Below are positions 57,938 to 64,000 of a DNA stretch of 64,000 nt, in pieces. The stretch comes from Spirochaetota bacterium (lineage in GTDB: Bacteria; Spirochaetota; Spirochaetia; CADAEX01), in assembly GCA_009786125.1 (NCBI GenBank), contig WQTU01000137.1, forward strand, positions 1,387 through 65,386, given 5' to 3'. How positions within the stretch are numbered: the first letter of the stretch is position 1; each line of letters starts with the position of its first letter. Under the pieces are notes generated by a model. That model did no database searches. It saw nothing but the letters and a program-made list of their open reading frames with translations, and had not been told where the DNA came from. The position numbers were made by a program, and so were the translations under genes.

Positions 57938-58726
57938 ATGACAGAAAAAGAAGTATTGGAAGCTGAAGAGCATGAACTATGGCTGAAATATAAAAAAGAG
58001 AAAAAAACCGAGCTAAGAGACTATTTTATCAAGCAATATGCGCCGCTTGTAAAATATGTTGCAGGTAAAGTTGCAATAGGAATGCCATATAATGTTGAAT
58101 TTGACGATCTCGTTGGCTTTGGAGTATTTGGTCTGTTTGATGCAATTGAAAAATTCGACCCGGAAAAGCATGTAAAATTTAAGACTTATGCAGTAACCAG
58201 AATAAGAGGAGCAATTTACGACGAGCTTAGGGCAATTGATTGGGTACCCAGGTCTGTAAGGCAAAAAACAAGAGAAATCGAAGAAATTGTCCATCATGTT
58301 GAATCTAATTTGGGACGCTCTGCAAGCGATGCGGAAATTGCGCAAAAAATGGGCGTTTCGGTCGAAGAATTTCATAAAAATATTTACAAAATCAGCACAT
58401 CATCAATATTATCCCTGAATGATTTATGGTACACAGGCGAAGATAATGACAAAGTTTCAATTGTCGACAGCATAGAGTCTTCTCAAAGCCTTAACCCCGA
58501 TACCATTGTGGAAAGAGAAGAAATAAAAAAGGTAATTGTTCAGGCAATTAACGAGCTTCCCGATAAAGAGAAAAAAGTGCTGGTTCTTTACTATTATGAA
58601 GATCTTACCCTAAAAGAGATAGGAAAGGTTCTGGATGTAACAGAATCAAGAATATCGCAGCTTCATACAAAGGCAATACTCAGACTAAGAGCAAAGTTAA
58701 CCAGCCTTAAGAAAGGAATTATGTAA
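57938..58726 (+). CDS. fliA: flagellar RNA polymerase sigma factor FliA (sigma-28/WhiG)
   Basis: Region 2 (FDDLVGFGVFGLFDAIEKFDP...KFKTYAVTRIRGAI) and region 4 HTH (LTLKEIGKVLDVTESRISQLHTKAILRLR). Confidence 0.9.
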   Translation: MTEKEVLEAEEHELWLKYKKEKKTELRDYFIKQYAPLVKYVAGKVAIGMPYNVEFDDLVGFGVFGLFDAIEKFDPEKHVKFKTYAVTRIRGAIYDELRAIDWVPRSVRQKTREIEEIVHHVESNLGRSASDAEIAQKMGVSVEEFHKNIYKISTSSILSLNDLWYTGEDNDKVSIVDSIESSQSLNPDTIVEREEIKKVIVQAINELPDKEKKVLVLYYYEDLTLKEIGKVLDVTESRISQLHTKAILRLRAKLTSLKKGIM

Positions 58727-58729
58727 ATA

Positions 58730-60670
58730 ATGAAAGAGACTCTTACGCTCGATGAATTCAAAACCTATATGCGGAAACTGGCTGCAAAAGACAGCAATGT
58801 AAAGTCGGTACAGGTGTCGGGTTCTTCAATAGAAGAGTGTCTTGAGCAGGCTGCAATTGAACTTAATACCGCAGTTTCCCAGCTTGAATATGAAGTAATA
58901 ATAAAAGGAATAAAAGGCATTTTTGGGGTAGGCAAAAAAAACTACACCCTTGTTGTCTATAAAACAGAAGAAATAGAAGAAACTGTTGCAAATATAAATG
59001 AATTTGGCACTGATGAATTTGTAGAAGAAGATGTGCAAAAAGATAAAGACGGAGATGCGGTTGTTCATTTATACAGAGGAGATGTTTTTCTCAAAGTATA
59101 TTCTCCCGAAGGAAAAGGAAAAAAAGCAGTACTCGACCAGGTGCTTCAAAAAATCAGTGACAGGAAAGTAACTGATTTTGATAAAGCTCTTGTTGCAAAA
59201 GTTGTAAAACTTGCAGATGGAATGAGTGTAAAGATCGGCTCATACTCCCCGAAATCCAGCAATAATACAGCAATTTCCCTTAGGGTAGAAGAGAATGATA
59301 TGAAAGCATATATTACTCTTACTGCTCCGGGCGAAGGCGGCGGCGATTTAGAGAAAGATACTGTTTTATCATTTTTAAAAAATAATCAGGTTGTCTTTGG
59401 GGTAAATGAGAAAAACCTCGAAGAATTTCTTGACAATCCGTATTATGGAACGCCATTTCTTGCAGCAGAAGGTTCGCAGCCTGTACACGGGGCAGATGCT
59501 CAAATAATTTATAACTTTAATACAGAAGGACTTTTAAAGGTAAGAGAGAAAAAAGACGGCTCTGTTGACTTCAAAGATAAAAATATTATCCAGAATGTTG
59601 TAGAAGGTCAGGTTCTTGCAGAAAAAAGACCTGCGGAAAGAGGAGTTAAGGGAAGAACTGTAACAGGCAAAACTCTCGATGCAAAAGACGGGCAAGATAA
59701 AAGTTTTAGCGTATGCCCAAATGTAAAAATAACAGACAAAGGACTTAAAGCAGTTTCTTCCATTAATGGGCAAGTGCTTCTTATAAACGACAAAATTACT
59801 GTCGAAAGTGTTTATCTTATTGACGGAGATGTTAATCTCTCAACAGGAAATATCCATTTTCTTGGCACAGTTGTTGTAAAAGGAAATGTCGAAGACGGCT
59901 TTTCTGTTAAAGCATCGGGCAACATAGAAATAATGGGGAATGTCGGAAAGTGTACGATAGATGCAGTAGGTAACGTAGTTGTTCATCAGGGTATAAACTG
60001 TAACGAGGCAGGGACCGTAAAAGCAGGAAAGGGAGTAATGGCAAAATTTATACAAAACTCCGCAGTAGAAGCAGGCGAAATAGTGTTTGTAACAGACGGT
60101 ATTATAAACTCTTACGTTGACTCCAATGGAAAAATAATTTGTAAAGGCAAAAGAGCTACTGTTGTAGGCGGTCGCTTACGCGCTACAGAAGAGATATCTG
60201 CTAAAACATTTGGTTCACTTGCCGTAGGTTCAACGGAAATTGAAGTAGGCTTTGACCCAAAGAGCAAGGAAAGGCTTCTTGAACTTGAAGAAAGTAAAAT
60301 TGCCGCTGAAAAAGAACTTGAAGAAATTGACAGAAATCTTGTAACTCTTGAGAATTTAAAAAAGAAGATGAGGAATAAATTCCCCGAAGAAAAACAAAAA
60401 ATGCTTGATGAGCTTACCGAAAAATCAGAGGCTGCCAAAACAGAAATTCAAAATATTGAAAATGAAAATGCAAGTATTTTTGAGCACATAAAATCCATAA
60501 AATCAACAGGCAAAATATCTGCCGGCGCAACTGTTTATCCGGGTGTAAAAATAACAATAAAAGATGCCCGTCTTGATGTAAAGAACGAGCTAAAAAGAGT
60601 TACTTTTGTAAATGAAGATTCAATGATTAAAACTAGAAAGTATGAGGAGCCGGAAGAAGAATCATTATAG
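58730..60670 (+). CDS. FapA/DUF342-family protein (beta-helix repeats plus C-terminal coiled coil)
   Basis: Repetitive G.V..G.I...GNV.. beta-helix-like segment, then coiled coil LLELEESKIAAEKELEEIDRNL. Confidence 0.65.
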   Translation: MKETLTLDEFKTYMRKLAAKDSNVKSVQVSGSSIEECLEQAAIELNTAVSQLEYEVIIKGIKGIFGVGKKNYTLVVYKTEEIEETVANINEFGTDEFVEEDVQKDKDGDAVVHLYRGDVFLKVYSPEGKGKKAVLDQVLQKISDRKVTDFDKALVAKVVKLADGMSVKIGSYSPKSSNNTAISLRVEENDMKAYITLTAPGEGGGDLEKDTVLSFLKNNQVVFGVNEKNLEEFLDNPYYGTPFLAAEGSQPVHGADAQIIYNFNTEGLLKVREKKDGSVDFKDKNIIQNVVEGQVLAEKRPAERGVKGRTVTGKTLDAKDGQDKSFSVCPNVKITDKGLKAVSSINGQVLLINDKITVESVYLIDGDVNLSTGNIHFLGTVVVKGNVEDGFSVKASGNIEIMGNVGKCTIDAVGNVVVHQGINCNEAGTVKAGKGVMAKFIQNSAVEAGEIVFVTDGIINSYVDSNGKIICKGKRATVVGGRLRATEEISAKTFGSLAVGSTEIEVGFDPKSKERLLELEESKIAAEKELEEIDRNLVTLENLKKKMRNKFPEEKQKMLDELTEKSEAAKTEIQNIENENASIFEHIKSIKSTGKISAGATVYPGVKITIKDARLDVKNELKRVTFVNEDSMIKTRKYEEPEEESL

Positions 60671-60700
60671 GCAATTGCGTCGCGCCGACGAGGAGGACAA

Positions 60701-61024
60701 ATGTCAATTCAACCTATAGACTTGCAAACTCTTTTTATGAAGCTGTCTCAAGTTGGAAGAGATCAGGCTGTTGAGAAAGATAAAATTGCGCTGCAGCAAA
60801 CGCTGCAGGGAAACGAAATAGCAAAGAGAAATCAGGATAGTGATAAAATTGTTAACAAGGCAGATAATTTAGATTCAGGACCGGAAAAAACAAAAGATGA
60901 AGGCGAATCCGGCATCGGTGCACAAAGTCAGGAAAAGAGGAAAAATGAACAAAGTAAAACAGCCGAAGATAAAGAGATACTCTCTGATCCTGCTCTTGGC
61001 AAAAATATAGATTTTAGCGGATAA
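60701..61024 (+). CDS. hypothetical small charged protein
   Basis: 107-aa ORF, RBS gaggagga. The stop-proximal hairpin cgtcg-cgc-cgacg precedes it. Confidence 0.4.
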   Translation: MSIQPIDLQTLFMKLSQVGRDQAVEKDKIALQQTLQGNEIAKRNQDSDKIVNKADNLDSGPEKTKDEGESGIGAQSQEKRKNEQSKTAEDKEILSDPALGKNIDFSG

Positions 61025-61029
61025 CTCTT

Positions 61030-61683
61030 ATGTTACTGATAATTGCAATAATACTTAACTTTGCGGCGCTCTATCTTGTTTTTCATTACTTTAAATGGAA
61101 GATAACAAGTTACAATTTTCTCGAAAGTTATGAAAAAAGAAAAGAAGAGATAGGCGAAGAAATTAATCTCATGATTATTGAGATAAATAAAACAACAGAG
61201 CGCAATCTTCAGGTGCTTGAAGCAAAAATAAATCAGTTAAACGAAGTTGCGGCAAGAGCGGAAAAAGTCTTAAATGCATTTAAAAAAGAAAAAGATATAA
61301 CCGAAACCAGCGAGAATATTTACCGGAAACTTGAAAGAAAAAGTATAAACAGTAAAATAGAAAAAGCAGCCTCTCCGGCAGATGCGGAGCAGCGCAAGGC
61401 TAACAAAAGTAACGAACTTTTTGCAGCCGCACCGGGCGCGGAGCCGGTTTTTACCGGAGAACGCAAAGATACTTCTCCGGCATCTCCCGGCAAGAGTATT
61501 GCCGAAGCTTCCGTAACCGGCGCTCCGTCCAATGAAGATGCAGCAAAAGCTCAAAAAGAAAGTTTGCGCGATAAAGTAATTGGTATGTATAATAATGGAA
61601 TAGACATTGAACTTATATCCGGTAAACTTGGCATTACAACCGGTGAAGTTGAATTAATAATATCAATAAGTAAAATAAAATAA
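61030..61683 (+). CDS. hypothetical protein (N-terminal TM, coiled coil, Ala/Pro/Ser-rich linker, C-terminal HTH-like helix pair)
   Basis: 217-aa ORF; C-terminus IDIELISGKLGITTGEVELIISI. Confidence 0.42.
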   Translation: MLLIIAIILNFAALYLVFHYFKWKITSYNFLESYEKRKEEIGEEINLMIIEINKTTERNLQVLEAKINQLNEVAARAEKVLNAFKKEKDITETSENIYRKLERKSINSKIEKAASPADAEQRKANKSNELFAAAPGAEPVFTGERKDTSPASPGKSIAEASVTGAPSNEDAAKAQKESLRDKVIGMYNNGIDIELISGKLGITTGEVELIISISKIK

Positions 61684-61697
61684 AATGGGATTATAAT

Positions 61698-63866
61698 ATG
61701 AATAATATAATGGAATTATTTATAAAGGATAGCAGAAATCATATTAATCAGTTAGTCGATTCTCTAATTCAGTTTAAAAAAGAGCCGAAAAACCAATCAG
61801 TTATTGAAGATGCTTTTAGGGCAGCGCATTCAATTAAAAGCGAAGCTTCCTATCTGCAATTAAATGATGTAACAAGTTTATCCCATGAAATTGAAACAGA
61901 GCTTGAAAATATTAGGACAAAGAAAAGTTCTTTTTCAAAAAAAAAATATAACAGTTTAACTAAGAAAATAGAAATCCTCCAGGAAATGATTGAAGCAGCA
62001 GCAGCAGAAGCTTCTTCTGCCGGTGTTGAGGCAGCAAGCCAGGAATCTCCGCAAGAGCCTGTGCCGCCGCATGGGGTATTGTATAAAGTGCAAACACTTC
62101 AGTCACGATCAGAAGAAAAAACAAATCCTAATAATTCTTTGTACGAAGATAAAGTTCCCGCAGATACGGATAAAAAGAGCGGCAGCAAAGAAGAATCAGA
62201 TTCCGAAGGCAGAAAAGAAAACAAAATTCGTGGCAAGAGAACGTTTTCTTACATGAAAGAAAAGACAGATGAACAGGTTTTTAATGAGTTTCAGCTATAC
62301 CTTCTTTCCGAAGCCATGAAAAGAGGCGAAAAGTTGTACAGAATTACTTGCGATATTTTGCCGGAAGCCGCAATGAAATATGTAAGACTATACCTTATAG
62401 TAAATAACCTTGAACTTCATTGTAACTTAATAAAAACAATTCCTGTAATCGATGTCAGCAAAATTCTTAATTCCGGGGATAAAAATACCTACGAACCGGT
62501 GCAGCAAGATCCGGATATGGAAGAAAGCACAAAAATAACATGTTATGTTACAACAGATAAAAACTACGATCAAATATATAATATTATAAATGTAGATGAA
62601 GTAAAAAATATACAAATAATAAATATTTCCTATGAATCATATTTTGGAAATGAATTCCACCGCGAATTTTTGGAAAATATAATTTCGAGCTCAAAAACAA
62701 TATCTGTAAAAGCAGACCGCCTTGATACCCTGTTTACCTCTATACATAAAATGCGAATGGAAGTAAATTTAAAATCCGATTATCTGGATAAAGAAGCAGC
62801 CTCTATCTTGGACAGAAATCTTGAAACTATGGAAGATTCAATAAGTCGGTTAAGAATGGCAACCCTTTCGGATGAATTCGCATCTATGTCTTTTCTTATA
62901 AATAAAATAGCTTTTGACAAAGGAAAAGAAGCGGAAATATTTTTTGATGATAATGATATAGAAATTGACCGCGCTGTTTTTGAGTATATATACGATCCAA
63001 TAATCCATCTTTTTAGAAATGCAATTGATCACGGCATAGAAACTGTTGAGGAGCGAATAGCAAAAGGCAAAAACCCCAAGGGCAAAATAGAATGTAAAAC
63101 TTACCTTGAATCTTCCGGCTCTGCCGAACGCGCGCAGAATTCCTGGTTTGCGTCGGGCAAGTCCAATCAGCAAGGCAGCGAGGAAAGCTATCCAACGAAC
63201 AACAGCCTGATTATAAAAATAAGCGATGACGGAAAAGGCATGGAGTTTGATAAAATAGCAGAAAAGAGCGGCTTGACAAGTGCGGAGTTAAGGAAATCCA
63301 ATAACTTATTTTCCGTTATTTCTGCTCCGGGATTTACAACAAAAGAATATGCCGATGAACACTCAGGCAGAGGGTTCGGCATGAACCTTGTTAAAGAAAA
63401 GCTTCTGCAAATTAAAGGTACATCGCTTGAGATTGATTCTAAAGAAGACGAAGGAACGGTTTTTACTATCAAATTAAGCGATAAATATGTTGCAAAAAAT
63501 ATTTTGTATCTGCTTTCAAACGGAGAAATAATAGTAATTCCCGCAGATATAATAGAAGAAATAGTTGAATCCTTAACAGATGCTGACAAAACAGATTTTA
63601 ATAAAATAATGTATAAAGAGATACCTGTCTGTACAAGAGAAGGGCTTTTGTTTGCCGGGAATATAAAAAATTTTGAAAAGTTTAAAGGTGTTGTAATAAA
63701 TAAAAACAATAAAAAAGCCTTGATTATTTGCGAGAAAATATTATTCCGGGAATCAATTCCGTCAGACAGGTTTCATCTTATAAAGACCTCTTTTCCCTAT
63801 CTTTTCTTAATGAAGATAGCAGGACTCGATACCGAATACTATTACCTCGAAGACCTGCCGCTTTAA
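61698..63866 (+). CDS. cheA: CheA-like chemotaxis histidine kinase (Hpt/P1, P3, HATPase/P4 with insertion, CheW-like P5)
   Basis: P1 AFRAAHSIKSEAS; P3 ISVKADRLDTLFTSIHKMRME; N-box HLFRNAIDHGIE; G1 ISDDGKGM; G2 GRGFGMNLV; C-terminal CheW-like domain. Confidence 0.72.
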   Translation: MNNIMELFIKDSRNHINQLVDSLIQFKKEPKNQSVIEDAFRAAHSIKSEASYLQLNDVTSLSHEIETELENIRTKKSSFSKKKYNSLTKKIEILQEMIEAAAAEASSAGVEAASQESPQEPVPPHGVLYKVQTLQSRSEEKTNPNNSLYEDKVPADTDKKSGSKEESDSEGRKENKIRGKRTFSYMKEKTDEQVFNEFQLYLLSEAMKRGEKLYRITCDILPEAAMKYVRLYLIVNNLELHCNLIKTIPVIDVSKILNSGDKNTYEPVQQDPDMEESTKITCYVTTDKNYDQIYNIINVDEVKNIQIINISYESYFGNEFHREFLENIISSSKTISVKADRLDTLFTSIHKMRMEVNLKSDYLDKEAASILDRNLETMEDSISRLRMATLSDEFASMSFLINKIAFDKGKEAEIFFDDNDIEIDRAVFEYIYDPIIHLFRNAIDHGIETVEERIAKGKNPKGKIECKTYLESSGSAERAQNSWFASGKSNQQGSEESYPTNNSLIIKISDDGKGMEFDKIAEKSGLTSAELRKSNNLFSVISAPGFTTKEYADEHSGRGFGMNLVKEKLLQIKGTSLEIDSKEDEGTVFTIKLSDKYVAKNILYLLSNGEIIVIPADIIEEIVESLTDADKTDFNKIMYKEIPVCTREGLLFAGNIKNFEKFKGVVINKNNKKALIICEKILFRESIPSDRFHLIKTSFPYLFLMKIAGLDTEYYYLEDLPL

Positions 63867-64000
63867 TATAGCGGTATTACAATTCCAACAATTTCGAAAA
63901 AACCTCGCACAAAGGCACTAAGAAAATGTATAGATATCAAGAACCCCAACTTCGCTTCAGATTCCTTCGCGCGCCAACGTTTTAAAAAATTGACAAATTC

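Noticed and set aside
60678-60690. GC hairpin cgtcg-cgc-cgacg after the FapA stop
   Set aside because: 5-bp stem with no following U-tract. Too small to call a terminator. It more likely just shapes RBS accessibility of the next ORF.
1-64000. Search for tRNA/rRNA genes, CRISPR arrays, IS/transposase or prophage genes
   Set aside because: None found. Intergenic gaps are short apart from the repeat-filled ones. No T-loop GGTTCGAAT-type motifs, no regularly spaced direct repeats with unique spacers, no transposase- or integrase-like ORFs other than the chromosomal XerC/XerD.

Overview
The window is a low-GC (about 35-38% by eye) spirochete-type chromosomal segment, most consistent with a Treponema-like organism. 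The flagellar gene names are spirochete-specific (flbB, fliK/tap1, flbD, fliZ), fliA is present, and FlgE carries Lys165 and Cys178. Almost everything is on the + strand and tightly packed, with many ATGA/8-nt start-stop overlaps.

Gene order along the window:
- A 3' fragment of a cheW-like gene at the left edge.
- A divergent DegT-like aminotransferase, then nadK-recN and a hypothetical.
- An RpfG-like response regulator (REC plus two HD-GYP domains, the second degenerate), overlapping a 1.45-kaa BvgS/EvgS-like hybrid sensor kinase (two periplasmic solute-binding VFT domains, TM, PAS, HisKA, HATPase, pseudo-REC, REC, Hpt).
- cdd on the - strand.
- A secreted beta-propeller-like protein, M23 peptidase, Zn-ribbon SAM methyltransferase, DUF4912-like protein and GH57 glucan branching-type enzyme.
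- An abridged dcw cluster: mraZ-rsmH-ftsL-murF-mraY-ftsW-ftsQ-ftsA-ftsZ.
- xerD, a TPR lipoprotein, dprA, topA, xerC/codV and hslVU.
- A ~28 kb flagellar superoperon: flgB-flgC-fliE-fliF-fliG-fliH-fliI-fliJ-flbB-fliK-flgD-flgE-flbD-motA-motB-fliL-fliM-fliN-fliO/Z-fliP-fliQ-fliR-flhB-flhA-flhF-flhG, a hypothetical, fliA.
- A FapA/DUF342 protein, two small hypotheticals and an atypical cheA-like kinase.

No rRNA, tRNA, CRISPR array, transposase or phage genes were recognised.

Features not explained by the gene list:
- A family of GC-rich, multi-hairpin dispersed repeats. At least four related copies bracket the hybrid kinase gene and sit in other intergenic gaps.
- An MraZ-box direct-repeat operator array over the mraZ start.
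- Two identical 'acaGGGGGGGGGatg' G9 homopolymer ribosome-binding modules in front of fliO/Z and fliP.
- An internal GGMPMG tandem repeat in fliN.

I do not see a clear-cut novel defence or secretion system. The most system-like candidates are the kinase/HD-GYP cassette flanked by repeats, and the cluster downstream of fliA.
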